Position numbers and translations under genes: made by a program. DNA of 64,000 bases from a candidate division FCPU426 bacterium (GTDB lineage: Bacteria; Oederibacteriota; JAAXVQ01; JAUVAV01): the NCBI GenBank assembly GCA_040756875.1, contig JBFLYH010000001.1, positions 1 to 64,000 on the forward strand. The letters run 5' to 3'. Positions 28,805 to 38,718 of the stretch are shown here, piece by piece (position 1 is the first letter of the stretch; each line of letters opens with the position of its first letter). The notes beneath the pieces were generated by a model, which did not search any database, was not told the origin of the DNA, and saw nothing but the letters and a program-made list of their open reading frames with translations.

Positions 28805-30507
28805 TGCTCGAATTGTCGGTGCGCAACATTTCCCTGATTCCGGCCCTGACCCTGGAGCCTGGAAAAGGTCTGGTCGTGCTGACCGGGGAAACCGGCGCGG
28901 GAAAATCCATCCTGCTCGGCGCCTTGTCCCTGCTCCTGGGCGAACGGGCTTCCAGCGACGTCATCCGCGCGGGCAGCGAGACTGCGACCGTGGAAGCCCT
29001 GTTCGCAGTCGAAGGCCTGCCACAGGTGGCGGAGATCCTCGAAGCCCAGGGCCTGCCGCCCTGCGAGGATCAGACCCTCATCCTCAAACGCGTGCTGGCG
29101 CGCAACGGTAAAAGCAAGTGCTATGTCAACGGCGGATTCACCACCCTGTCGGTTTTGGAACGGCTGGGCGCGGAACTGGTGGACCTCCATGGTCAGCACG
29201 AGCACCAATCCCTGCTGGAACGCAGCCGTCAGCGCGACCTGCTGGACGCCTGGGCGGGCCTAATGGAATTGCGCCGCGAACTCGGCACGGCCTATGCGGC
29301 GCTCAAGGCCAGCCGGGAAGCCCGGGAACGCCTGGCCCTGGACGAGGCGGAGCGGACCCGGCGGCTCGACCTGCTGAATTACCAGGTGCAGGAAATCGAC
29401 GCTGCGGCCGTCAAGCCCGGCGAAAACGCGGTTTTGCAGGAGGAGCGGGAGCGCCTGGCCCACGCCGAGCGCCTGCTCGGAACGGTTCACGAGGTTCTGG
29501 ACATTCTGCACCGCCGCGAGGAAAACGCCGCCCGCGACGGTCTGGCGCATTCGGCCAACGCGCTGGCCCAGGTGGCTGCCTATGACCCGCAACTGGGCGC
29601 CCTGGCCGACGAACTGCGCTCCGCCGAAGCCATTGCGGGCGAGGTGGTCAGCCAGCTTTCCAAATTCGCCGATTCGTTCGAGGCGGACCCCGAACGCCTC
29701 AACCAGGTGGAGGAACGCCTGGACTTGCTGCAGAAACTGGGGCGCAAATACGGCCCGGGCGAGGAAGCCATCCTGGCCTACCGCGACCAGGCGGCGCGCG
29801 AGCAAAACCAGCTGGCGCACCGGGACGAGGAACTGGCCCGCCTGGCGGAATCCGAAGCGGGCCTGGCGGCAAACCTCTCGCAACTGGCCCGGCGCTTGTC
29901 CGACCAGCGCCGCGCGGCTTCGGAAAAATACAGCCGGGAAGTGAAACGGGAGCTGGACGGCCTGGGCTTCATCCGGCCGGAATTTATAATCGCGGTCTCC
30001 CTGCGCGAGGATCCGGAAGGCTGGGTGCAATGGGAAGGCAAAACCTACGCCTGCGGCCCGGCGGGCGCGGATGAACTGGAATTCCTGATCGCGCCCAACC
30101 CGGGCGAGGAGCCCAAGCCCGTGGCCAAGATCGCCTCAGGCGGGGAGCTTTCGCGCCTGATGCTGGCCCTGAAAGTGGCGGCCGCGGCCGCGGCCCAGGT
30201 GCCCACCATGATTTTCGACGAAGTGGACGCCGGCATCGGCGGCGCCACGGCCGAGGCTGTGGGGCGCAAATTGGCTGCCCTGGCCAAAAACCGCCAGGTC
30301 GTGGTCATCACCCACCTGCCCCAAATCGCGCGCTTCGCGAACCGCCACTTTTTGGTCGCCAAACGCGTGGAGCAGGGAAGGACCGTTTCCAGCGTCGAGG
30401 CGCTGTCCGGCGAGACGCGGATCCGCGAGGTCGCCCGGCTCATGGCCGGCGAGCAGATCACCGAGACCGCCCTGCAGCATGCCCGGGAGCTGATCGAAAA
30501 GCCTTGA
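28801..30507 (+). CDS. recN: DNA repair protein RecN
   Basis: TGETGAGKS, HGQHE, ASGGELSR, FDEVDAG, ITHLPQIA. Confidence 0.97.
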   Translation: MMLELSVRNISLIPALTLEPGKGLVVLTGETGAGKSILLGALSLLLGERASSDVIRAGSETATVEALFAVEGLPQVAEILEAQGLPPCEDQTLILKRVLARNGKSKCYVNGGFTTLSVLERLGAELVDLHGQHEHQSLLERSRQRDLLDAWAGLMELRRELGTAYAALKASREARERLALDEAERTRRLDLLNYQVQEIDAAAVKPGENAVLQEERERLAHAERLLGTVHEVLDILHRREENAARDGLAHSANALAQVAAYDPQLGALADELRSAEAIAGEVVSQLSKFADSFEADPERLNQVEERLDLLQKLGRKYGPGEEAILAYRDQAAREQNQLAHRDEELARLAESEAGLAANLSQLARRLSDQRRAASEKYSREVKRELDGLGFIRPEFIIAVSLREDPEGWVQWEGKTYACGPAGADELEFLIAPNPGEEPKPVAKIASGGELSRLMLALKVAAAAAAQVPTMIFDEVDAGIGGATAEAVGRKLAALAKNRQVVVITHLPQIARFANRHFLVAKRVEQGRTVSSVEALSGETRIREVARLMAGEQITETALQHARELIEKP

Positions 30508-30558
30508 AATTCAATCCCTTTCGCGAAAGAACTACTCGGCAGGCTGTTTCCAACGGGG

Positions 30559-30587
30559 TTGACAGCCCTGGTTCCGAGTGCTACAGT
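30559..30587 (+). promoter_or_regulatory. Sigma70-type promoter of the oxidoreductase operon
   Basis: TTGACA-17 nt-TACAGT with an extended -10 TG. Confidence 0.65.
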
Positions 30588-30631
30588 GAAACGATTTTGC
30601 CGCGTTCTTGCGGCTTTCAGGAGCTATCAGC

Positions 30632-30844
30632 ATGTTTCGCGTAAAAGTAGACCCCAGACGCTGCAAGAGTTGTGAGTTGTGCCTGGCGGTCTGCCCGAAA
30701 AAGATCATGGTCATCACCCACGAGCGGAACGAGCACGGATTTCACGTGGCCGCCTGCCGGGACGAGCGGGAATGCACGGGCTGCCTGGCCTGCGCCCTGG
30801 TTTGCCCGGACGTGGCTATCGAGATTTTCGAGGACAAGGACTAA
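30632..30844 (+). CDS. 2-oxoacid:ferredoxin oxidoreductase delta subunit (2x[4Fe-4S])
   Basis: CKSCELCLAVCP and CTGCLACALVCP. Confidence 0.9.
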   Translation: MFRVKVDPRRCKSCELCLAVCPKKIMVITHERNEHGFHVAACRDERECTGCLACALVCPDVAIEIFEDKD

Positions 30845-31938
30845 TGAGCGCGCCGATGTTCATGAAAGGGAATGAAGCCATGGCCGAGGCGGCCATCCGG
30901 GCGGACTGCCGGTTTTATTTCGGCTATCCCATCACGCCGCAGAACGAGGTGCCGGCCTACATGTCCCGGCGCATGCCCGAAGCGGGCGGAACGTTTCTGC
31001 AGGCCGAGTCCGAACTGGCGGCCATTAACATGGTCTTCGGCGCGGCGGTCGCCGGCGCCCGGGCCATGACCTCTTCCTCCTCACCGGGCATTTCGCTGAA
31101 GCAGGAGGGCATCTCCTACATGGCCGCTTGCGAGCTGCCGGGCGTGATCGCCAACATCATGCGTGGCGGCCCGGGCCTGGGCAACATCTCGCCCTCGCAG
31201 TCGGATTACTTCCAAGCCACGCGCGGCGGCGGACACGGCGATTACCGCCTGATCGTGCTCGCGCCCCACACGGTCACCGAACTGGCCGAATTGACCATGG
31301 ACGCCTTCGACCTGGCGGATTACTATCGGAATCCGGTCATGATATTAGGAGACGGCCTGCTCGGCCAGATGATGGAAAAAGTTGAGTTTCCGGAACCCGA
31401 AGCGCGCCGGCGCACGGGGCTGCTGCGCGGGCGCCCGCTGCCCCCCAAGGACTGGGCCCTGACCGGCGCCCAAGGCCGGCCGCCGCGCTTGATCCGCTCC
31501 CTGCTCATGCAGCCGGGCGTGCTGGAACAGCACAATTTCCATCTGGCGGAGAAGTACGCGCGCATCGAACGGGACGAGCCCCTGGCTGAGGTGATCGGCT
31601 GTGAGGATGCGGACGTGGTGCTGGCGGGATTCGGCACCAGCGCGCGCGTGGCCAAGCAAGCCAGGGAGATGCTGCGGGCGCGGGGAATCAAGGCCGGGTT
31701 GTTCCGCCCCATCACGCTCTGGCCTTTCCCCTATGCCCAGCTGGCCGCGATCGCCCGGACGACGCGCCGTTTTCTGGTGGTGGAAATGAACCTGGGCCAG
31801 ATGATCGAGGACGTCCAACTGGCCGTGGCCCGCGAACGGAGCCTGAAGGACGCGACCATCGCCCTTTTGCCCCGGCCGGGCGGCGGCGTGCCGGTTCCGG
31901 AGGAAATCGTGGACAAAACCCTGGAGGTGCTGCGGTGA
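30844..31938 (+). CDS. vorB: 2-oxoacid (ketoisovalerate-type) ferredoxin oxidoreductase alpha subunit, VorB-like
   Basis: MKGNEA, FGYPITPQ, QAESE, TSSSSPG, RGGPGLG, GGGHGDY. Confidence 0.85.
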   Translation: MSAPMFMKGNEAMAEAAIRADCRFYFGYPITPQNEVPAYMSRRMPEAGGTFLQAESELAAINMVFGAAVAGARAMTSSSSPGISLKQEGISYMAACELPGVIANIMRGGPGLGNISPSQSDYFQATRGGGHGDYRLIVLAPHTVTELAELTMDAFDLADYYRNPVMILGDGLLGQMMEKVEFPEPEARRRTGLLRGRPLPPKDWALTGAQGRPPRLIRSLLMQPGVLEQHNFHLAEKYARIERDEPLAEVIGCEDADVVLAGFGTSARVAKQAREMLRARGIKAGLFRPITLWPFPYAQLAAIARTTRRFLVVEMNLGQMIEDVQLAVARERSLKDATIALLPRPGGGVPVPEEIVDKTLEVLR

Positions 31939-32690
31939 GCCGCCAGCTGTTTGCCCGCACGCCGGGCCTGAAGGATACGGTCACGACCTATTGCTCGGGT
32001 TGCGGACACGGAGTGGCGCACCGCCTCCTGGCCGAAGCCATCGAGGAGTCAGGCGCCCGCGAGCGCACGGTGGCCGTGGCGCCGGTGGGCTGCGCGGTCT
32101 ACGGCTATGATTACTGGAATTTCGACACCACCGAAGCCGCGCACGGCCGCACGCCGGCCGTGGCCGCGGCCATCAAGCGCGTACTGCCGGACCGCCTGGT
32201 GATCAGCTACCAGGGCGACGGCGACCTGGCTTCCATCGGGCTGGCTGAGATCATGCATGCGGCCAACCGGGGGGACCGGATCACGGTCATCTTCATCAAC
32301 AACACCAACTACGGCATGACCGGCGGCCAGATGGCGCCCACCACGCTGGCCGGGCAGGTTACCACGACCACCCCCCTGGGGCGGGACAGCGCCACGACCG
32401 GGCAGCCGCTGAAAGTGGCCGAACTCCTGGCGACCCTGCCCGGCGTCAAATACGCCGCGCGCGGGGCCCTGCACAAGCCCGGTTTGGTGCGCAAGGCCAA
32501 ATCCCTGATCCAGAAAGCGCTGGCCGTGCAGGAAGCGGGCCTGGGTTTTTCGGTGGTCGAACTGGTGTCGCTGTGCCCCACCAACTGGGGCCTGACCACC
32601 CTGCAGTCCGTGGAACTGGTGGAAAAACAGATCGTGCCGGTGTTTCCTCTGGGCGTTTTCAAGGACGAATCCGGCGCCAAGGCGGAATGA
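31935..32690 (+). CDS. 2-oxoacid:ferredoxin oxidoreductase beta (TPP-binding) subunit
   Basis: YCSGCGH, HGR, YQGDGD, NNTNYGMTGGQMAPTT, CPTNW. Confidence 0.92.
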   Translation: MSRQLFARTPGLKDTVTTYCSGCGHGVAHRLLAEAIEESGARERTVAVAPVGCAVYGYDYWNFDTTEAAHGRTPAVAAAIKRVLPDRLVISYQGDGDLASIGLAEIMHAANRGDRITVIFINNTNYGMTGGQMAPTTLAGQVTTTTPLGRDSATTGQPLKVAELLATLPGVKYAARGALHKPGLVRKAKSLIQKALAVQEAGLGFSVVELVSLCPTNWGLTTLQSVELVEKQIVPVFPLGVFKDESGAKAE

Positions 32691-33241
32691 GTATGCTGGA
32701 ACAAATCATTATCGCGGGGTCCGGCGGCCAGGGGATCCAGTTCTGCGGACAACTGCTGGCCCGGGCCGCGGTCCGGCAGGGCCTGGAAGCCACCTACGTT
32801 CCTTCGTACGGAGCCGAGCGCCGGGGCGGCCCCTCATTCTGCTCCGTGGTCGCGGCGGACCGTTCGATCTACGCCTCGCTGTTCAAGCATCCTGACATAT
32901 TCCTGGCGCTGGACCAGCGGGCGCGCAACCAGTACGCTTCCAGCCTGCTGAACGCCGGCATCATGCTGGTGAACACGGATCTGGCCGGACAGCCCGCAAC
33001 CGGCGAACAGGCCCGGGTTATTGGCCTTTCGGCCTCGCGTCTGGCGGAAAAAATCAATTTCGAGCAGCCGCCCCTGAACCTGGTCATGCTCGGCGCCTAT
33101 CTGGGCCTGGACCGGGGCGTGAGCATTGAGGCGGTGCGGGCCGAATTGGAAGCCCGCTTTGCCGGCAAACCGGACGTGAAGCAACGCAACCTCCAAGCCC
33201 TTGACCTGGGCTGGGAAGAAGGCAGGAGCCAAAGCCGATGA
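32687..33241 (+). CDS. 2-oxoacid:ferredoxin oxidoreductase gamma subunit
   Basis: AGSGGQG, PSYGAERRGG, NLVMLGA. Confidence 0.9.
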   Translation: MSMLEQIIIAGSGGQGIQFCGQLLARAAVRQGLEATYVPSYGAERRGGPSFCSVVAADRSIYASLFKHPDIFLALDQRARNQYASSLLNAGIMLVNTDLAGQPATGEQARVIGLSASRLAEKINFEQPPLNLVMLGAYLGLDRGVSIEAVRAELEARFAGKPDVKQRNLQALDLGWEEGRSQSR

Positions 33242-33693
33242 TCAGGAAAGCCACGCTTCAGGACGTACCGGCGATCCACCGGTTGATCAACAGCCGGGCC
33301 AAACAGGGCCAAATGCTGGCGCGCTCCTTGTCCGAAATATACGAGAATATCCGCGACTATTTCGTGGCCATCGAGCGCAAAGCCGTGGTGGGCGTGGCCG
33401 GCCTGCACGTCAACTGGGCGGATTTGGCCGAGATCAAATCCGTGGCTGTCAATCCGGCTTATCAGGGAAAGGGAGTGGGCCAGGCTCTGGTCCAGGCCTG
33501 CCTGGAGGAAAGCCGGGTTATGGCCATTCCCAAGGTGTTCGTGCTGACTTACGTGCCGGGTTTTTTCCGGAAACAGGGGTTTAAAAAGATCAAACGCGAA
33601 GCCTTGCCGCACAAGATTTGGAGCGATTGCATCAAGTGCCCGCATTTCCCCAATTGCAACGAAGAGGCCATGATCATCGGCTTGCGCCGCTAG
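33238..33693 (+). CDS. argA: Short GNAT N-acetylglutamate synthase-like protein
   Basis: MLARSLSEIYENIRD, LAEIKSVAV, LPHKIWSDCIKC, CNEEAM. Confidence 0.8.
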   Translation: MIRKATLQDVPAIHRLINSRAKQGQMLARSLSEIYENIRDYFVAIERKAVVGVAGLHVNWADLAEIKSVAVNPAYQGKGVGQALVQACLEESRVMAIPKVFVLTYVPGFFRKQGFKKIKREALPHKIWSDCIKCPHFPNCNEEAMIIGLRR

Positions 33694-33726
33694 CCCATCC
33701 GCCGCGTTCCGAGGAATCTGCCACCC

Positions 33727-34740
33727 ATGCCCGATGAAACGAATGCTGCTTTCACGCGGATAGCCGACCGGAGGGAAATCGGCCTTCAGCAGGTTGTCGA
33801 TACCCTTAAAATCGAAGATTGCCTGAAATCCCTGCAGGACGCGCATCAGTTGTCACCGCAGAAAACCGAGGAAATGAAGCTGATCGCCGGCGAGTTGGGC
33901 AAGAACGTCGTCAAGCACGGCGGCCAGGGCAAAATCATCATCACGCATTACGCCGCTGTCTTTCCCTGGGTGGAAATCATCACTGAAAACGTGGGCGCCC
34001 TGCCCGCGGACGCGATGAAAGACGGCGTTTCGACGCGGAACACCCTGGGCCTCGGCTTGGGCATGGTGTCACGGCTCTCCGACGCCTTTATCCGCGAGCA
34101 GGACGGGTATATTCTGCGCATGCGGGCGGTCAAGTACTGCCTGGATTTTCCCAACCGATCCGAAGTGGCGGTCCTCTCCTATCCCGTCATGATGCATGAA
34201 AACTGCAACGGCGACGCCTATTTTATCCACAAGGGGCGCGAGGACACGTTTTGCGTCATCGATGCCCTGGGCCACGGCGAGGAGGCGCACAAAAGCGCAG
34301 CCGCTGTTCTGGCGCACCTGAATTCCAACCCCGGGAAACCCGTTGATCACCTGGTGTACGGCGCGCACGAACTGTTAAAAGCGAAACACTTGCGCGGGGC
34401 GGCCATGGTGGTCGTACGGTTGGATTACGAGGCCCAAACGGTTCTGTTTGCGGGTTTGGGCGACGCGTTGGTGAAAATATTCCCTCCGAACGAAAGCGGC
34501 AGCCTAAGCCTGCTGCCGCAGGAGGGAATTGTCGGCGACGTCTGCCGGACGTTGGAAATTCAAAAGCAGGCGTTAGTGCCGGGCACGCTGATCGCCGTTT
34601 ATTCGGACGGCATTTCCAGCCGCCTGGCCATTCCCTGGGAACATCGCACCCAGCCTCCATTGCAATTGGTGAACGAACTGATGGCTAAATATGGCAAACT
34701 CCACGATGACCGGACTCTCTTGCTGGCTAAAATCCTCTAA
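33727..34740 (+). CDS. RsbT-like HATPase fused to an RsbX/SpoIIE-type PP2C phosphatase
   Basis: ELGKNVVKHG and DGVST..TLGLGL (GHKL boxes); NGD, IDALGHG, YSDGI and DDRT (PP2C). Confidence 0.85.
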   Translation: MPDETNAAFTRIADRREIGLQQVVDTLKIEDCLKSLQDAHQLSPQKTEEMKLIAGELGKNVVKHGGQGKIIITHYAAVFPWVEIITENVGALPADAMKDGVSTRNTLGLGLGMVSRLSDAFIREQDGYILRMRAVKYCLDFPNRSEVAVLSYPVMMHENCNGDAYFIHKGREDTFCVIDALGHGEEAHKSAAAVLAHLNSNPGKPVDHLVYGAHELLKAKHLRGAAMVVVRLDYEAQTVLFAGLGDALVKIFPPNESGSLSLLPQEGIVGDVCRTLEIQKQALVPGTLIAVYSDGISSRLAIPWEHRTQPPLQLVNELMAKYGKLHDDRTLLLAKIL

Positions 34741-34894
34741 CCCTGTTTCAGTCTCGCTAAAAAAGCCTTGAATCTAAAGCAAACTAGTAAAATCACCGAA
34801 CCTAAAGTATAATGAAAACCACTCTTAATACGGCCTTTAGCAGGGGCTAACCCGCGGACAAGGCCGAAATCTTTTTATGGCCGCAGGAGGAACT

Positions 34895-35119
34895 ATGGCA
34901 ACTGTCCAAATGAACCTGACCAAGCTTCGCTGTCCACAGCCGATTTTGAAAATCACGGCCAAATCCATTGAAATGAAGCCGGGCGATGTTTTGGAAGCAA
35001 CCGCCGACTGCCCGACGTTTGAAAATGATGTCCGCACGTGGTGCGAAAAGGTCGGCAAGGCGCTTATTTTCCTGCAAAAGAACGCGGACGGCGTTTTTCA
35101 CTGCAAAATCCAGTTCTGA
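34895..35119 (+). CDS. TusA/SirA family sulfur carrier
   Basis: LRCPQPIL (CPxP), PGDVLE, DVRTWC; AGGAGG RBS at 34885. Confidence 0.88.
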   Translation: MATVQMNLTKLRCPQPILKITAKSIEMKPGDVLEATADCPTFENDVRTWCEKVGKALIFLQKNADGVFHCKIQF

Positions 35120-35206
35120 CCCCCTGGCGCACTCACGGCGCGGACCGCTTTAGGCGGCGCCCGGCGGGCGTGGATAAAAACGCACCGAAACCAAAGGAGA
35201 TAAACG

Positions 35207-35944
35207 ATGACCGCTCACCCGATTTCCCCGGAGCTGTTGAAAGAATTGGAAGCCCACTTCAATGCGCTGCAGAAACTGGAACGCGGTGACGCTCAAATCC
35301 AGGCCCGCGAAGATTCCTCCGTGGAGATTGTTTCGCGCATGGGCGGCATGATCAATCAGCTGGCGAACATGTCCCGGGAATCGATCAAGCTGTCCATGGA
35401 GATGTCCCTGGCCATCGCCCAATTTCTGGACGTGCTCAACCAAATGGCGGCCGGCAACCTGAAGGCCCGTGCGCCGATTGATTTTGAAACCGAGGTCCTG
35501 GCGGCCTTGGGCAAAGGCATCAACACGGCCATTGCCAAGGTCCAGGAACGGACTCTGCTTGAGGAGCTCTTGAAGGAATTGTCCACGCCGGTTCTCTATG
35601 CGTGGGAAGGCGTGATCGTTATGCCCCTGATCGGCACCCTGACCAGCGACCGCGCGCAGGAAGCCATGGAAAAGCTGCTGAAAAGCATCACCCAGCATCA
35701 TGCCCGCGTCGCCCTGATCGACATCACCGGCGTGCCGGTCATCGATTCCATGGTCGCCCAGCACCTGATCCGGACGATCAAGGCCGTCAAGATTCTGGGG
35801 AGCGATGCCATCATCACCGGAATTTCAGCCGAAGTGGCCTCCATTTTGGTGAAGATCGGCATTGAAGTGGAGCAATTCATGACCCGCAGCAGCCTGCATG
35901 AGGGGTTGAAGCAGGCGATTAAAATGGTCGGAGCGAGCCAATAA
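35207..35944 (+). CDS. rsbR: Stressosome RsbR-like protein (helical/HAMP-like N-terminus plus STAS)
   Basis: ELSTPV, PLIGTLTSDRA, IDITGVPVIDSMVAQHL, ITGISAEVA. Confidence 0.88.
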   Translation: MTAHPISPELLKELEAHFNALQKLERGDAQIQAREDSSVEIVSRMGGMINQLANMSRESIKLSMEMSLAIAQFLDVLNQMAAGNLKARAPIDFETEVLAALGKGINTAIAKVQERTLLEELLKELSTPVLYAWEGVIVMPLIGTLTSDRAQEAMEKLLKSITQHHARVALIDITGVPVIDSMVAQHLIRTIKAVKILGSDAIITGISAEVASILVKIGIEVEQFMTRSSLHEGLKQAIKMVGASQ

Positions 35945-36301
35945 ATGAAGGTCCCGGTTCCCCTCATCAAAATCGGCCAAGTCGTGCTGGCGCCCATTGA
36001 GATCGAGCTGACGGACGAGATGGCCGAAGAACTCCACTTGGCGATACTCAAGAAAATCGAACTGACCCACGCCAGGGGATTGGTCATCGACGTCTCCCTC
36101 GTCGAAGTCATTGATTCCTACTTTGCCCGGATCCTGATCAACATCGGCCGGGCGGCGCATTGTTTGAATTGCATGACCGTGGTGGTCGGCATCACGCCGG
36201 AGGTGGCCTTCACCCTCACTCAGATGGGATTGACGTGGCGGGGCGTGCGCACTGCGCTGACGGTGGAGGAGGCTATTTCCATGGTTCAAGCCCATGGATG
36301 A
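35945..36301 (+). CDS. rsbS: Stressosome RsbS-like STAS protein
   Basis: VPLIKI, GLVIDVS, IDS (equivalent of B. subtilis Ser59), VVGITPEVAFTL. Confidence 0.88.
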   Translation: MKVPVPLIKIGQVVLAPIEIELTDEMAEELHLAILKKIELTHARGLVIDVSLVEVIDSYFARILINIGRAAHCLNCMTVVVGITPEVAFTLTQMGLTWRGVRTALTVEEAISMVQAHG

Positions 36302-36713
36302 CAGCTTTGTCATGCACATCGCCAGTGAGCAGCATATTCTGGCGGTGCGCCATGCGATCCGCGAACTGGTGAACCAGCGGCTGCAGTTCAATTCCCTGGA
36401 GCGGATGCACGTCATCACCGCCGTATCGGAACTGGTCCGCAACATCTACAACTATGCCAAGGAAGGCGACGTCGAAGCCAAGATCGTCCTGTCGCCTGCG
36501 GGAAAAAAGGGGATCCGGATCAAATTTGCCGATCACGGCCCGGGCATTCTGGATATCGAGAAAGCCATGCAGCCAAAAAGCATCCGGGAATTCGGCAAGG
36601 GCATGGGCATCGGCCTGAGCGGCAGCAAAAAACTGGCGGATGAGTTTTCGATCGAATCCCAGCCCGGGCTGGGAACGACCATCATCTGGACCCGCTGGGA
36701 GCGGTACGGCTGA
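36294..36713 (+). CDS. rsbT: Stressosome Ser/Thr kinase RsbT
   Basis: TAVSELVRNIYNYA, DHGPGI, GMGIGLSGSKKLADEF, GTTI. Confidence 0.9.
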   Translation: MDDSFVMHIASEQHILAVRHAIRELVNQRLQFNSLERMHVITAVSELVRNIYNYAKEGDVEAKIVLSPAGKKGIRIKFADHGPGILDIEKAMQPKSIREFGKGMGIGLSGSKKLADEFSIESQPGLGTTIIWTRWERYG

Positions 36714-36768
36714 AGGGCGGGGAAGGGGTGGCGGGCCTGTCCCGACGACATTTCTCTGGGAGTCATGA

Positions 36769-38718
36769 ATGCCCGGTGATGCACTCAAGATGGGCTTGAT
36801 GCTCTGCAAATGCGGGAACACGATTTTTCAGGCCGTCGATTTCGACGCTGTCGTGGCCTGGGCCCGGAAACGCCACGATTTGCAATTCGTTCTTTTTCAT
36901 GACCTGCTTTGTTCCGCGGAAGGCCGAAGCTACACGCTGGAAGTCCTCCAACAGGAAAAACCCGACCGCTTGATCATCGCCGCCTGCTCGCCCAGGGCCC
37001 ACGAAGCCACCTTCCGGGCAGTGGCGGAAAAGGCCGGCTTGAATCTGGCCGCCATCCACATGGCCAACATCCGCGAGCACTGCGCCTGGGTGACCACGGA
37101 CAAAGCCGAGGCCACTCGCAAAGCCATCGCCCTGATCCGGGCGGCGGTCGAACGCGCCCGGCGGCACGAGCCCCTGCAGCGCCGGAGCGTGGAATGCAAC
37201 ACAGACCTGGTCGTAATCGGGGGCGGCATTGCCGGCATGGAAGCCGCCTTGCTGGCCTCCCAGGCCGGAAGGAAAGTGACCCTCGTCGAGCGGGACATCT
37301 CCCTGGGCGGCCGGCTGATGCAAACCGAGGAATTGGCCCCGAACATGGAATGCGCCCCCTGCCTGCTGTCGCCGCGGCTCTTTAAAATCAAGGATGATCC
37401 GAACATCACCATTCTGACCCATTCCGAGGTCACCGGAGTTCTGGGGTTTCACGGCAATTTCACGGTCAAAATCCGCAAGCGCGCCCGGTACGTGAACCAG
37501 AACTGCGTGGGTTGTGAAGCCTGCTTTCCGGTTTGCCCGGTGGAGGTGAAAAGCGGGTTCCACCTGGGCTTGGGCACCCGCAAGGCTGTTTATACGCTCT
37601 TCCCAGGCTCGGTTCCCGCCGCGGCGGCCATTGACAGGCAAGCCTGTCTGCATTTCAAGGACGGCTCGTGCCGGGCCTGCGCCGAAGCCTGTTCCTTCGG
37701 GGCCGTGGATTTTGAGGATAAAGACGAGGAAAGGGCGATATCCGCCGGCGCCGTAATTCTGGCCACGGGTTTTACGCCCTTCGATCCTTCGCCGCTCGCC
37801 CGCCTGGGCTATGGGAAGATACCGGAAGTTTACAGCCTGCCCGAATTCGAACGGATCTCAAATTCCAACGGCCCCTCTCAGGGCACGATCCGGCGCCGGG
37901 ACGGAAAAATCCCGGCTTCGGTGGCTGTGATCCACTGCGTTGGATCGCTGCAGGATACGGCCTTGCCCTACTGCTCGGGCATTTGCTGCCTGCTGGCCGC
38001 CAAGGTCGGGGAAGTCGTGCGCAAGCAGAACCCGAAGGCCAAGGTGTTCAATATCCACGACCGCCTGGTGTTTGCCGGCCAGGCGGCGCAGGAATTTTAC
38101 ACCGAGCAGGTCAAGGCCGGCACCCAATTCCTGGCGACCAGGGATTTGGCCAAGGTAACGCTGGTTCGGAAAAAAGGCGCCGTGGAAATACGAATGCCCG
38201 GCCAAAAACCCTTTGGCGTCGACATGGTGGTATTGGCCACTGGCGCCGGCCCGGCCGGTGATGCGGAAACCCTGGGGACATTGCTTCAGATCGAAAGCGG
38301 GCCCGCCGGTTTCTTCAAACCCGACAGTCACTTCCTGCATTCCATCGGCACCAGCCTGGACGGCATCTACCAGGCCGGCGGATGCGCAGGCCCGTGCCTG
38401 GCTGACCAAGCCGTGGTGCAGGCTCAGGCTGCGGCCGGAGAAGCTGTCAGCCAGTTGGTGCCTGGCAAAAAGATCGAGTTGGAGATTCAGACTTCGATCA
38501 TCGATCCCGATTTGTGCAAAGGCTGCCGGCTGTGCGAAGCGTTGTGCCCTTTTTCGGCCATCGCCTACCGCCCGGAACTCAGGGTGTGCGAAATCAACGA
38601 GGCCGTTTGCCGCGGTTGCGGCACTTGTGTGGCAGGCTGCCCCAACCTGGCCATCGGCGCCAGGCATTTTCAAGACGCGCAATTGCAGGCGGAATTGGAA
38701 GGGCTGCTCAATGACTGA
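36769..38718 (+). CDS. hdrA: Heterodisulfide reductase subunit A family flavo-iron-sulfur protein
   Basis: CKCG, CS, ACSP, NIREHC (N-terminal cluster); GGGIAG FAD site; inserted ferredoxin; EFER; CVGS...YCSGICC....K; C-terminal 2x[4Fe-4S]. Confidence 0.92.
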   Translation: MPGDALKMGLMLCKCGNTIFQAVDFDAVVAWARKRHDLQFVLFHDLLCSAEGRSYTLEVLQQEKPDRLIIAACSPRAHEATFRAVAEKAGLNLAAIHMANIREHCAWVTTDKAEATRKAIALIRAAVERARRHEPLQRRSVECNTDLVVIGGGIAGMEAALLASQAGRKVTLVERDISLGGRLMQTEELAPNMECAPCLLSPRLFKIKDDPNITILTHSEVTGVLGFHGNFTVKIRKRARYVNQNCVGCEACFPVCPVEVKSGFHLGLGTRKAVYTLFPGSVPAAAAIDRQACLHFKDGSCRACAEACSFGAVDFEDKDEERAISAGAVILATGFTPFDPSPLARLGYGKIPEVYSLPEFERISNSNGPSQGTIRRRDGKIPASVAVIHCVGSLQDTALPYCSGICCLLAAKVGEVVRKQNPKAKVFNIHDRLVFAGQAAQEFYTEQVKAGTQFLATRDLAKVTLVRKKGAVEIRMPGQKPFGVDMVVLATGAGPAGDAETLGTLLQIESGPAGFFKPDSHFLHSIGTSLDGIYQAGGCAGPCLADQAVVQAQAAAGEAVSQLVPGKKIELEIQTSIIDPDLCKGCRLCEALCPFSAIAYRPELRVCEINEAVCRGCGTCVAGCPNLAIGARHFQDAQLQAELEGLLND

